Assembly (NCBI GenBank): GCA_005776585.1
Contig: SXOX01000103.1
Location: 137,410 to 201,409, forward strand
Length of the DNA: 64,000 bases
DNA from: Pseudomonadota bacterium
GTDB lineage: Bacteria > Myxococcota_A > UBA9042 > GCA-2863065
Direction: 5' to 3'
Part shown: one piece after another, positions 8,261-17,473 of the stretch
Layout of the letters: each line of letters starts with the position of its first letter
Position numbering within the stretch: position 1 is the first letter of the stretch
Made by a program: the position numbers and the translations under genes
Notes under the pieces: generated by a model
Databases searched by the model: none
What the model saw: only the letters and a program-made list of their open reading frames with translations
Told to the model about the DNA's origin: nothing

Positions 8261-9748
8261 ATGGACGACCCCACGCTCCGCGACCCGCTCCTCGACCGCG
8301 CGCTGCTCGTCTGGAGCGCCGCGATGGGCGTCCTCGCGTGCGTCGTCAGCGTGCCCGCGGTGGGCGAGGTCCTCTTTCGCGGGACCTTCGTGCAGGACGC
8401 CGACGAGGTCATCCGCGCGTGGTACGGCCGCTGCGCGTTCAAGAACGCCAGCGTCATCCCGCACAGCCACCTGTCGATGCCGGGTTGGACGGCGGTGCTC
8501 GCGCTCGGCGAGGGGCTCGGCCGGCTCCTCGGCCTCCCGCTCACGCTGCCGGGGCGGCTCGTCTCGGTGGCGGCCGGCGCGTGGCTGCTCCGCAACGGCG
8601 CGGGCCTCGTGCGCTCCGCCGGTGGCTCAGTGCGTCTCGGGCGCGTCGCGGCCGCGCTGGTCGCGTGCTCGCCCGCGTTCTTCTTGCTCACCCTGACGGT
8701 CTACGCCGAGGTGGCCTTCGCCGCGCTGCTCGTCGCCGCGTTTCGGGCGCAGCTCGAGGGCCGCGTTCGCGCCGCGGCTCTGCTCGCCGGGCTCTCGCCG
8801 CTCGTGCGATGGGAGGGCGGCCTCGTGCTTGGACTCCTCGCCGCTGTCTTCGCGAGCGAACGCCGTTGGCGCGCGCTGCTCTGGCTCGGCCTCCCATACG
8901 CGGCGTACCTCGCCTCGAACACGCTGCACTTCGGGGACCCGCTGCGTCCGTTGGCCAATCGCACGACGGAGACCGTCTTTGGCGCCTGGCGCGTCCTTAA
9001 CTCCCGCGTCCCGGGCCCGCTCCTGCGCGAGGCGGCCGCGAACCTCGCCATCCTCGTCAGCCCCGTCGTTCTCCTGGGCGGGCTGGCGCTCGCGCCCTGG
9101 TCGCTCCGTCACCCGCGCCTTCGGCCGCTCGCATTCGGGGCTACGGGCCTGTTAGCGACCATGCTCCTCATCTGGCACGACACCGAGGTCTGGTCGCTCC
9201 GCGTCTTCCTGCCGCCGACCGTGCTCGCCGTCCTCGGCTGCTGCGCCGCGATGGCCGCGAGCTCGGCCCGCGTGCGGCGGGTCGGCGTCGGCGTGCTCGT
9301 CGCAGCCACGCTCGTGACCGCGCTCGTGTCGTGGCGCTGGATCGACGGCCTCAAGATCCCCGCACCCGGGCGGTTTCGCTCCGAGCTCGGCTACCACATG
9401 GTCGTCCGCGCCGCCGACGCCACCGAGGCGCTCGAACGGGTCCACGACGAGCTCGCCGATCCGTCCCTGCGCTGGGTCCTCACGAGCCACATGAACGCCA
9501 ATCTCCTGCGCGCCGATCCGACGTGCACCTTGTATGACCACCCGCTGCACCTCGGCGTGCCGCGACTCTCGCTCACGCCGCGCTTCTTGCCGCGGCTCGC
9601 GCTGCCGGACGGCGATGGCCTCTGGGTGAGCCACGCCGGGCCGATCCACGAGCCCGGCTGCACGGAGGTCGCGCGCTTCCCCGAGGCTGGTCAGTGGCTG
9701 GCCCGGTGTCGTGCGACTACGCCGCCCGCGAGCCGCACCGCGGAGTGA
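8261..9748 (+). CDS. Polytopic membrane protein, GT-C (ArnT/PMT-like) glycosyltransferase fold inferred, with soluble C-terminal domain
   Basis: About 10 predicted TM helices with an acidic first-loop motif (FVQDADEV). The ATG immediately follows the ptuB stop (TGAATG). GC3 is high and host-like. Function is inferred from topology only. Confidence 0.6.
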   Translation: MDDPTLRDPLLDRALLVWSAAMGVLACVVSVPAVGEVLFRGTFVQDADEVIRAWYGRCAFKNASVIPHSHLSMPGWTAVLALGEGLGRLLGLPLTLPGRLVSVAAGAWLLRNGAGLVRSAGGSVRLGRVAAALVACSPAFFLLTLTVYAEVAFAALLVAAFRAQLEGRVRAAALLAGLSPLVRWEGGLVLGLLAAVFASERRWRALLWLGLPYAAYLASNTLHFGDPLRPLANRTTETVFGAWRVLNSRVPGPLLREAAANLAILVSPVVLLGGLALAPWSLRHPRLRPLAFGATGLLATMLLIWHDTEVWSLRVFLPPTVLAVLGCCAAMAASSARVRRVGVGVLVAATLVTALVSWRWIDGLKIPAPGRFRSELGYHMVVRAADATEALERVHDELADPSLRWVLTSHMNANLLRADPTCTLYDHPLHLGVPRLSLTPRFLPRLALPDGDGLWVSHAGPIHEPGCTEVARFPEAGQWLARCRATTPPASRTAE

Positions 9749-9764
9749 CACGACTCGCGGTACC

Positions 9765-9892
9765 CCGGGGGGTTCCCCCAAATGAGTCCGAGGTCGGATC
9801 GCCGAACCCTGGGGGGTTCTGGAATCGATCCCGAGGTCGGATCGTGGAACCCGGGGGGTTCTGGAATCGATCCCGAGGTCGGTTCGCCAAAC
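9765..9892. repeat. Three tandem ~43-bp palindrome-containing repeats between convergent genes
   Basis: Units are 9765..9807, 9808..9850 and 9851..9892. Units 2 and 3 are near-identical (CC(T)GGGGGGTTCTGGAATCGATCCCGAGGTCGG(A/T)TCG..GAAC) and unit 1 diverges in the middle. Hairpins are GAACCC-loop-GGGTTC at unit junctions and CGATCC-CGAGGTC-GGATCG inside each unit. Confidence 0.85.
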
Positions 9893-9948
9893 CCCCGGAG
9901 GGCTCCTGCGTGGACCAGGGCTGCACACGGCTCGGGCGAGCCCCAGCC

Positions 9949-10694
9949 CTAACGCCGCGGCAGTACCAGGACGGCGTTGGCGACGGGCTTGCCCGAAATC
10001 CGCGGCACGCCCGCGAGCGGTGACACCAGCTGCGTCGACGAGCCGCCATCCAGATTCAGCGCGAAGGGGCAGCCCAAGCGCTTGGCGAACAGCTCCGCGA
10101 GCGCCGCCGTCGAGAGGCCCGTCGAGGTCACGACCAGGACCAGCGCACGCCCCCCCGGGAGCACGCCCAAGGCCGTTCGGCGCGCGACCTGCGGCTTGAA
10201 CGTGAGCGGCTTGCCGTCCACCACGAGGCGCGGCCCGGCCTCGATCGCAAAGCGCAGCGTGCCGGTCGTGGCAGCCCACTGCTTGGCGTGCACGACGGTG
10301 GCGCGACCCTCGCGGTCGACGGCCAGCACGCCCCACTCCACGCGCCGCAGCCGCGAGAGGATCCGGCCCTTCGACACGAGCAGGCCCATGGGCCGCCCCT
10401 GCGCGTCGAAGAAGCCGCCATTGACCGCCAGCAGCGCGCCGCGACCCCGCGCCAGCGCGTCGACCGTCGCAAGCGGCTTGCCCTCGACGGGCACGAGGTC
10501 GTTCTCGGCCAGGTCGATGCGAAACGCCGTCATGCCCTCCTGGAGCACCGCGTGCGCGAGCCCCTTGGCGAGCGGCTTCCACTCCACCGCGCTGGCACTC
10601 GAGGCGGCGAGCAGCGCGAGCGTCAGGGCGAATGCCCCCCACGAACGTCGGGAACCTTGCCCCGCGCCCGCGCGACGTCTAGGGTCCGCCGCAT
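9949..10694 (-). CDS. Phosphodiester glycosidase (DUF2233/NAGPA-like) family secreted protein; N-terminus apparently frameshifted at a C6/G6 run
   Basis: The core reads ALLAVNGGFFDAQGRPMGLLVSKG...ALNLDGGSSTQL, preceded by a signal-like AFALTLALLAASSASA. That frame has no ATG/GTG/TTG upstream. An ATG at 10694..10692 (MRRTLDVARARGKVPDVRGG) joins the frame if one G is added to the run at 10635..10640. Confidence 0.6.
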
Positions 10695-11493
10695 GACGAG
10701 CGGTCCCATCGGCGTCTTCGACTCGGGCATCGGCGGCCTGACCGTGGCGCGCGCCATTGTCTCTGCGCTGCCCGACGTCGATCTGGTCTATCTCGGCGAC
10801 ACCGCGCGCTTGCCCTATGGCGCCAAGTCGCCGCTGACGGTCACGCGCTATGCCTCGCGCTGCGTGGGCTTCTTGGCAGCCGCGGGCGTGGAGGCCGTCG
10901 TCGTCGCGTGCAACACCGCCTCCGCCTTGGCGCTCCCGGCGCTGCGGGAGGCCTTCCCTGACCTGCCGATCCTCGGCGTCGTTTCGCCCGGTGCCCGCGC
11001 GGCCGTCACCGCGTCGCGCACGGGCCGCATCGGCGTCATCGGCACCGAGGCGACCGTCCGGAGCCACAGCTATCGCGAGGCCATCCACGCGTTGGCGCCG
11101 ACCGCGGAGGTCGTCGAGCTGCCCTGTCCGCTGCTCGTGCCGCTGGCGGAGGTCGGCTGGATCGATCACCCGGTCACGCGGCTGACGCTCGAGACCTATC
11201 TCGCGCCGCTCGTGCGGGACCACGCCATCGACGCCCTGGTCCTCGGCTGCACGCACTACCCGGTGCTCGAAGGGCCCATCGCCGCGGTGCTGGCTGCGTT
11301 GGTCCCCGACCGCCGCATCGCGCTGGTCGACAGCGCTGACGCCGTGACCCGCGAGCTGCAAGCGCTCGGCCTGTCGCTGTCTCTGGGTGGCCGCCGCAGG
11401 TTCGCCGTGACGGACCTGCCCGATCGCTTTCGGTCGATGGCCGAGGCCTTCTTTGGCGGTGGAGGCATCGCGCTCGAGGTCGTCGATCTCTAG
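10693..11493 (+). CDS. murI: Glutamate racemase
   Basis: MTSGPIGVFDSGIGGLTVARAI, VVACNTAS and VLGCTHYP are the two catalytic Cys motifs of MurI. 266 aa. Confidence 0.9.
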   Translation: MTSGPIGVFDSGIGGLTVARAIVSALPDVDLVYLGDTARLPYGAKSPLTVTRYASRCVGFLAAAGVEAVVVACNTASALALPALREAFPDLPILGVVSPGARAAVTASRTGRIGVIGTEATVRSHSYREAIHALAPTAEVVELPCPLLVPLAEVGWIDHPVTRLTLETYLAPLVRDHAIDALVLGCTHYPVLEGPIAAVLAALVPDRRIALVDSADAVTRELQALGLSLSLGGRRRFAVTDLPDRFRSMAEAFFGGGGIALEVVDL

Positions 11494-11504
11494 TTTCGAC
11501 ACGG

Positions 11505-12980
11505 TCATCCCAGCACCAGCAGCCCGACCGTCAGCACCACGACCCCCACGAGGTCCAGCATGGCGCCCGCGCGCACCATGTCACGCATGCGGAGGTGGCC
11601 GCTCGCGAACACGATGGCGTTCGGTGGTGTACCCACAGGCATCATGAAGCCGCAGCTCGCGCCCATGGCAGCCGGCAGCATGAGCGTCAGCGGCGGGATG
11701 TCATAGCGCTTGCTGACCGCGGCGAGCAGCGGCATCAGGATGGTCGTGAGCGCGATGTTGCTCGCGATCTCCGTCAGGAGCGTGGCGGCGAGGCACACGG
11801 TCCCCACGAGGAGCCAGGTCGGGAGCGTGCCCAGTCCGCCGATCTGGTTACCAATCCAGAGCGAGAGCCCCGAGCGCTCGAACGCGTCGGCCAGCGCGAG
11901 GCCGCCGCCGAAGAGGATGAGGATGTCCCACGGAATCTTGATGGCGTGCCGCCACTCGAGCAGGCTCGGGGACTCGCCGTCGGGCGTGGGCGGCAGTCCG
12001 CTCGGGAGCAGAAACAAGAGCACCACGACCGCGAGGGCGACCGTGCTGTCGTCGACGCGCGCGCCCATGCCGAGCCACGGTGCCCAGCCGCCGATGGACA
12101 CGGCGCCGAGCTCCATCGGCTGACGGAAGATCCAGAGCCCCGCGATGACCACGAAGGCCAGGCTCATGCGGCGCTCGTAGGAGGTCATGGGCCCCAGCGC
12201 CCGCAGATCCTCGTCGAGCAGCCCGCGGTCGTCGGGGCGAAACGTGGGATCCACGCGGTTGGCGAGGCGCGTGAGGATGAGCCACGCGGCACCGAGGAGA
12301 ACGACGACGATGGGGACCGCGCGCTTCATCCAGCCCAGGAACGTGATGGGCTCGGCGTCTGGAAAAGCCGCGCGGTACTGGCCGAGGAAGATGAGGTTCG
12401 GGCCCGTGCCAATCGGCGTGCCCAGGCCGCCGATGCTGGAGGCGTAGGCCACCGCGAGCAGCAGTGCGATCGCCACGGGGCGGAGGCGCGGATCGTCGGG
12501 TGCGCGCTCCTCGAGGCGGCGGAGCACGGCGAGCGCGATGGGCAGCATCATGAGCGCCGTCGCCGTGTTCGAGATCCACATGCTGATGAAGGCCGTGGCG
12601 ACCAGGAAGCCCAGCACCAGCCGATCGGGGCGAGTACCCACGACGCGCAGCACGTGCAGCGCGATGCGCCGATGGAGCTCCGAGCGCTCGATGGCCACCG
12701 AGAGGAAGAAGCCGCCCATCATCAGGAGGATGAGCGGATCGGCGTAGGAGGCCGAGACCGTGCGCGCGGTGCCCACGTCGAGGCACGGGAAGAGCACCGC
12801 CGGGAGCAGCGAGGTCGCGACGATGGGCGCGGCCTCTGTCATCCACCAGATCGCCATGAGGACCGCGACGCCAAGGACGGTCGCGGCCGCGGGCGTCAGC
12901 GATCCAAGCGCTCCGGCGCGGCCGAGAACCACGATCGCGACGCCCAGCACGGGCGCGAGCCACAGCGCCGCGCGCCGCAC
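11505..12980 (-). CDS. SLC13/DASS family anion:sodium symporter
   Basis: 491 aa and highly hydrophobic. Shows DASS/CitT-like motifs (WWMTEAAPIVATSLLP, ISMWISNTATALMMLP, ASNIALTTILMP, GFMMPVGTPPNAIVF). Confidence 0.8.
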   Translation of the reverse strand: MRRAALWLAPVLGVAIVVLGRAGALGSLTPAAATVLGVAVLMAIWWMTEAAPIVATSLLPAVLFPCLDVGTARTVSASYADPLILLMMGGFFLSVAIERSELHRRIALHVLRVVGTRPDRLVLGFLVATAFISMWISNTATALMMLPIALAVLRRLEERAPDDPRLRPVAIALLLAVAYASSIGGLGTPIGTGPNLIFLGQYRAAFPDAEPITFLGWMKRAVPIVVVLLGAAWLILTRLANRVDPTFRPDDRGLLDEDLRALGPMTSYERRMSLAFVVIAGLWIFRQPMELGAVSIGGWAPWLGMGARVDDSTVALAVVVLLFLLPSGLPPTPDGESPSLLEWRHAIKIPWDILILFGGGLALADAFERSGLSLWIGNQIGGLGTLPTWLLVGTVCLAATLLTEIASNIALTTILMPLLAAVSKRYDIPPLTLMLPAAMGASCGFMMPVGTPPNAIVFASGHLRMRDMVRAGAMLDLVGVVVLTVGLLVLG

Positions 12981-12984
12981 GCGC

Positions 12985-13932
12985 TCAGCTCAAGGAGCCG
13001 CGGTAGAACTCTTCGATGGACTCCTTGCTGGAGTATTGCGGCTGAAACCCGAGCTCGTCGCCCGCCTTGCCGCCGTCGGCGACCCAGACGTAGTGGAACA
13101 GGTCGCGCATGACGGGGGCCGTCTCGACGATGTCCTTGTCCCAGAGCAGCTGCGTGATGGGCGTGCGGCCGATCTCGGGGAGCACCGTGGTGCGCCGCCG
13201 GCCGACGCGCAGCGCGACCGACAGCGGGAGCGCGCCGTCACCCACGACGTTGTAGACGCCCATGCCGGACCGCTTGATGGCCGTCTGATACGCCTTGACG
13301 GCGTCCGTCTCGTGCAGGAGCTGAATCGGCGGGTCGTAGTCTTGGACGATGGGCACCGCCGGTCGACCGAGGTACTCCGTCATGAAGTTCTGCACGTTGG
13401 GCCCGATGAGCACTGCAAGCCGGAGCACGGTGACCTGCGTATCCACGTCCAGCGCGAAGCGGTTGATGAGCTGATCGCAGGCGACCTTGTCCTTGACCCA
13501 GTCGGACTCCGCCGAGAGCGCGAGCGGCGCGTCCTCCTCGAAGTGGGACGGATCGCCGGGGAGCACGCCGTAGACCGCCGTAGAGCTCGTGTAGACGAGC
13601 CGGGGCACGGGCCGCCGCGAGAGGGCCTCGATGAGGACGCGCGTCTCGGTGAGCTGGTCTTCCTGGTTCTGGAGGCGTGCCGAGAGGTAGCCCAGGTAGA
13701 TGAGGGTGTCGAAGTCCTCCTCCACGATGAGGTCCGACAAGGCCCGAACCCCGCCCACGCTGCGCAGATCCACCGCGCGATGCCGCACCGACGCCGGCGC
13801 CCCGTCCGGCGGGATGGGATCGATGCACGTCACGCGCTTGAGCGACGTGTCCGCCGCAAGCGCCGCAAGGAGCTGGCGCCCGATGATTCCATCCGCACCG
13901 CATACCGCAACCGAACGTGACCCGACTGGCAT
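12985..13932 (-). CDS. NAD-dependent epimerase/dehydratase (SDR) family protein
   Basis: N-terminal VAVCGADGIIG Rossmann motif, STAVYG, 315 aa. Lies 4 nt upstream of the DASS gene on the same strand. Confidence 0.7.
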   Translation of the reverse strand: MPVGSRSVAVCGADGIIGRQLLAALAADTSLKRVTCIDPIPPDGAPASVRHRAVDLRSVGGVRALSDLIVEEDFDTLIYLGYLSARLQNQEDQLTETRVLIEALSRRPVPRLVYTSSTAVYGVLPGDPSHFEEDAPLALSAESDWVKDKVACDQLINRFALDVDTQVTVLRLAVLIGPNVQNFMTEYLGRPAVPIVQDYDPPIQLLHETDAVKAYQTAIKRSGMGVYNVVGDGALPLSVALRVGRRRTTVLPEIGRTPITQLLWDKDIVETAPVMRDLFHYVWVADGGKAGDELGFQPQYSSKESIEEFYRGSLS

Positions 13933-14043
13933 GGCGGCGGACTCTAGTGAGAGCGAGCCTGCCCGTCAATGGTTTACGGGTGGTGCCCGCGGTCGATTCG
14001 TCGCGCGCTGCGGCGGGATCCGCGGGCAACTTCGGCGACTTTC

Positions 14044-14073
14044 TTGACCCTCTCAACAGGGGACCACCATAAT
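14044..14073 (+). promoter_or_regulatory. Sigma-70-like promoter candidate upstream of pilM
   Basis: TTGACC (14044..14049), an 18-nt spacer, then CATAAT (14068..14073), about 50 nt before the pilM GTG. Confidence 0.45.
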
Positions 14074-14121
14074 CTCCCGGTTGGGCCAGGCCTCAGGCCG
14101 TGTTGGGTCCAAGGAGTGCGC

Positions 14122-15180
14122 GTGGCGAAGAAGAAGCTTGCCGTCGGCCTCGACATCGGCTCGTCGTCGATCAAGGTCGCGCAGGTCAAGGAGACCGGCA
14201 AGGGCTATGAGCTCGCCGCGTTCGACATGGCGCTGCTGCCTCCGGAGGCCGTCGTGGACGGCGCGCTCATGAACTTCCCGGCGATCGTCGAGCACATCAA
14301 AGAGCTCTGGGCGTCGAACAAGATCAAGAGCAAGGACGTTGCGCTCAGCGTGTCCGGTCACTCCGTCATCATCAAGAAGGTCAGCCTGCCCGAGATGACG
14401 CCCGAGGAGCTCGACGAGAGCATCCAGTGGGAGGCCGAGCAGTACATCCCGTTCGACATCAAGGACGTCAACGTCGACGTGCAGATCCTCAACCCCAAGG
14501 CGGGGCAGGGCCAGATGGACGTGCTGCTCGTGGCGGCCAAGAAGGACGTCATCGACGAGTACGTCTCGGTCGCCTTCGAGGCCGGGCTCAAGCCCGTCGT
14601 CGTGGACGTGGACACCTTCTGCATCCAGAACATGTTCGAGATGAACTACGGCTTTCCGGCCAACGAGACGGTCGCGCTCATCAACGTGGGTGCCGCGGTC
14701 ATCAACATCAACGTGGTCTACAACGGGCTGACCAATTTCACGCGCGACATCTCCATGGGCGGCCGCCTTCTGACCGAGGAGATCCAGAAGCAGTTCAACG
14801 TGTCGTTCGAGGAGGCGGAGCACTACAAGACCGGTGGCGACGGCAACTTCTCGAACTCGTCGATTGCACGCGAGGTCAGCAAGCTGTCCGAGCGGGTCTC
14901 CGAGACGCTCGTCACCGAGATTCAGCGCTCGCTCGACTTCTTCGCCGCGACGACCATCAACGCCGACATCAGCCGCATCTTCCTGTCGGGCGGGGCCAGC
15001 CAGCTTCCGCACCTCGTCCGCGCGCTCGAGCGACGGCTCGAGGTGCCCGTCGAGTACGCCAACCCCTTCAAGAACATCATCGTTGACACCGCCAAGTTCG
15101 ACATGGATCGCCTGCACCGTATGGCGCCCATGGCGGCCGTCTCGATCGGCCTTGGGCTCCGCGGGCAGAAGGACAAGTAG
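14122..15180 (+). CDS. pilM: Type IV pilus assembly ATPase-fold protein PilM
   Basis: VAKKKLAVGLDIGSSSIKVAQV is an actin-like ATPase N-terminus. 352 aa from GTG 14122, preceded by AAGGAG (14111..14116). pilN/O/P/Q follow. Confidence 0.9.
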   Translation: MAKKKLAVGLDIGSSSIKVAQVKETGKGYELAAFDMALLPPEAVVDGALMNFPAIVEHIKELWASNKIKSKDVALSVSGHSVIIKKVSLPEMTPEELDESIQWEAEQYIPFDIKDVNVDVQILNPKAGQGQMDVLLVAAKKDVIDEYVSVAFEAGLKPVVVDVDTFCIQNMFEMNYGFPANETVALINVGAAVININVVYNGLTNFTRDISMGGRLLTEEIQKQFNVSFEEAEHYKTGGDGNFSNSSIAREVSKLSERVSETLVTEIQRSLDFFAATTINADISRIFLSGGASQLPHLVRALERRLEVPVEYANPFKNIIVDTAKFDMDRLHRMAPMAAVSIGLGLRGQKDK

Positions 15181-15182
15181 CG

Positions 15183-15893
15183 ATGATTCGCATCAACCTC
15201 CTCCCAGCGAAGGACACCAAGCGCAAGCAATCCAAGGGCCCGTCCGGTCCCGGTGCAGGGCCGCTCGGCACGCTGTTCATCGTGCTCCTGCTGCTGGAGC
15301 TCGGCGGCATGGGCTACTGGTACATGCAGGCGCAGAGCGCGGTCGAGACCGCCGCGGCCGCCGAGGCCGAGGCCAAGAAAGAGGTCGACCAGTTCAAGAA
15401 GATCGACGGCGAGATCAAGGCGCTCGAGGCGCTCGATCTGGAGATGGGCAAGCAGCGCACCGTGTTTCGCGCGCTGGAGAACGGCAAGACCGGCCCGCTC
15501 GATATGCTGCTGTTCCTGTCCTACGTGCTCCGCAGCATCGACACGCAGCTGCCAGAGGACGAACTCAAGGATCTCACCGACATCTGGGGTGAGGACCGCA
15601 AGAAGAACTCGATGGACGACAAGAAGTGGAGCCCGGACCGCGTGTGGATCCGGCGGCTCGTCGACACCGACGGTGCGGTCGTCATCGAGGGCGCGGCCAA
15701 GGACCACGAGGACGTCATGACCTTCATGCGGCGCCTGCGCAGCTCCGTCTTCTTCGAAGGTCTTGACGTTGTCCAGCAAAAGGTGAACGACAAGTCGCCG
15801 CTCGGCCAGTCGTATGTGGAGTTCAAGCTCAAGGCGGAGCTCAACTACGATCCGGAAGGTTTCCCACCCATCGAAGAAGCGGTGAAGAAGTAG
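15183..15893 (+). CDS. pilN: Type IV pilus assembly protein PilN
   Basis: MIRINLLP N-terminus (conserved PilM-binding motif), a single TM helix and a coiled-coil periplasmic part. Gene order supports the call. Confidence 0.85.
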   Translation: MIRINLLPAKDTKRKQSKGPSGPGAGPLGTLFIVLLLLELGGMGYWYMQAQSAVETAAAAEAEAKKEVDQFKKIDGEIKALEALDLEMGKQRTVFRALENGKTGPLDMLLFLSYVLRSIDTQLPEDELKDLTDIWGEDRKKNSMDDKKWSPDRVWIRRLVDTDGAVVIEGAAKDHEDVMTFMRRLRSSVFFEGLDVVQQKVNDKSPLGQSYVEFKLKAELNYDPEGFPPIEEAVKK

Positions 15894-15895
15894 CC

Positions 15896-16672
15896 ATGGA
15901 CCGATTCAACAAGCTCCCGCCGGTCCAGAAGCTCGCCGTCATGATTGGCACGATGGCTGCGCTGGGCGGGCTCATCTGGTTTGCGCTCATCTCGGACCTG
16001 TCCGACCAAAAGCTCAATCACGAGGGCCAAGTCCAAACGATGAAGGCCGCTGCGGCCAAGCTCAAGGGCCAGCTCTCCAAGGAGAAGATTGAGTCGCGTG
16101 ACAAGGACAAGCAGCGCCTGGAGGACGAGAAGAAGCGCTTCGAGTCCATGCTCCCGACGCAGACCGAGATCGAGAACTTCATCACGGGCATCAGCGAGAC
16201 CGCCAAGAACGCGGGCCTCTCGCTGCTCTCGTTCGAGAAGGGGAACCCGATCGACCAGGACTTCTACGTCGAGATCCCGCTGACCATGGAGGTCAAGGGC
16301 ACCTATCGCGTGCTCATCGGGTTCCTGCGCCAGATGGCCGACAAGGATCGCCGCGTCGTCAACGTCCGCAACCTCAACCTGGAGGTCGCGACGCTGCCGG
16401 TCGAGGACTACCTCAAGAAGTACGAGGATGAGCGCACGCGCTCGGTCCCCGACGGCCAGGCGCCGCGCCCGCTCACGGACGTGCAGAAGCTCATGCAGCT
16501 CGTGCGCGCCAATGAGGAGGCCGTGCAGGAGGGCGCCCAGCTCACCGCCAAGTTCCAGACCTTCGTGTTCATCTACACGGGCAAGCCCGTTCCGCCGGAG
16601 ATGGCGCAGCGCAATGCCCAGAAGCTCGAGGAGCGTCGTCGTCGGCGCCTCACGTCGGTGCGAGTCCTATGA
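15896..16672 (+). CDS. pilO: Type IV pilus assembly protein PilO
   Basis: Single N-terminal TM helix, a coiled coil, and a ferredoxin-like C-terminal region (FYVEIPLTMEVKGTYRVLIGFLRQM). Positioned between pilN and pilP. Confidence 0.85.
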   Translation: MDRFNKLPPVQKLAVMIGTMAALGGLIWFALISDLSDQKLNHEGQVQTMKAAAAKLKGQLSKEKIESRDKDKQRLEDEKKRFESMLPTQTEIENFITGISETAKNAGLSLLSFEKGNPIDQDFYVEIPLTMEVKGTYRVLIGFLRQMADKDRRVVNVRNLNLEVATLPVEDYLKKYEDERTRSVPDGQAPRPLTDVQKLMQLVRANEEAVQEGAQLTAKFQTFVFIYTGKPVPPEMAQRNAQKLEERRRRRLTSVRVL

Positions 16673-17361
16673 AGCACGCGTCCATTACGTCCCTCTTGTT
16701 GCTCGCGCTCGCGCTCGGTGGCCTCGGCTGCGGAGGCGACGAGCCTCAGCAGGCACCTCTTCCCGGCGGACCGGGTGGCCCCAAGCCCGCGGCTGCGGCG
16801 GCCGCCGCGGCGCCCGCTCCGGAGAAGCGCAAGAACCCGAGCTGGGACAAGGTCAAGAAGCACTTCCATGGTCTCCCGAACGATCCGACCGCGGGCTTCG
16901 TCAAGGGGACCATCGGCAACCTGCGCGATCCGTTCGAGCCGCAGCTCGTGAAGTTCGTGCCCAAGGTCACCGTGGCCGAGGACAAGCCGACCAAGCCCGA
17001 GGACAAGCCGGGCGGCATGCTCGACGCGCCCGATCCGCCGCCGGGGCCGCCCGTCGAGAAGACCGAGATGGAGCGCTTTCGGACCCAGGATTACCGCGTG
17101 CTCATGATTCGCTGGGGCACCTCGGTCAACAAGGCCGTCGTCCAGGATCCCGAGGGCAACGAGTTCATCCTCACCAAGGACATGAAGCTCGGCAGCAACA
17201 ACGGCCGAGTCACCGAGATCACGCAGTACGAGGTCCGCGTCCAGGAGGACAATCGCGAGGACCCGATCGTCATCTCGATCGAGCCGGAGATCCTCAAGAT
17301 TCGGGAGACAGAAGGTCTGACTGATCGGCTGTACACCACACAGCGCGGCCGCCAGAAGTAG
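16669..17361 (+). CDS. pilP: Type IV pilus assembly lipoprotein PilP
   Basis: Lipobox LALGGLGC, a Pro/Ala-rich linker and a C-terminal beta domain (VLMIRWGTSVNKAVVQDPEGNEFILTKDMKLG). The ATG overlaps the pilO stop (ATGA). Confidence 0.8.
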   Translation: MKHASITSLLLLALALGGLGCGGDEPQQAPLPGGPGGPKPAAAAAAAAPAPEKRKNPSWDKVKKHFHGLPNDPTAGFVKGTIGNLRDPFEPQLVKFVPKVTVAEDKPTKPEDKPGGMLDAPDPPPGPPVEKTEMERFRTQDYRVLMIRWGTSVNKAVVQDPEGNEFILTKDMKLGSNNGRVTEITQYEVRVQEDNREDPIVISIEPEILKIRETEGLTDRLYTTQRGRQK

Positions 17362-17444
17362 TCTCGTCGTGCGCTCCGGCGCCCTGCTCGCCGGCAACCC
17401 GCCCCGCTGGGCAGAGCATGGCCCCGCTCAAATCAGCGAAATTT

Positions 17445-17473
17445 TTGACCGCTTGCTGGCTTGCTCTTACGGT
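17445..17473 (+). promoter_or_regulatory. Sigma-70-like promoter candidate in the pilP-pilQ gap
   Basis: TTGACC (17445..17450), a 17-nt spacer, then TACGGT (17468..17473), preceded by the A/T tract GAAATTT. The 10-mer AATTTTTGAC recurs at 37180..37189. Confidence 0.35.

Noticed and set aside
9765-9892. Possible CRISPR array
   Set aside because: The repeats abut directly with no spacers, there are only three units, and no cas genes are present. I called it a tandem palindromic repeat instead.
10695-11508. Upstream 270 codons of the 519-aa ORF 9949..11508
   Set aside because: This part is antisense to murI, whose catalytic motifs are unambiguous. Only the C-terminal glycosidase-like part is real.
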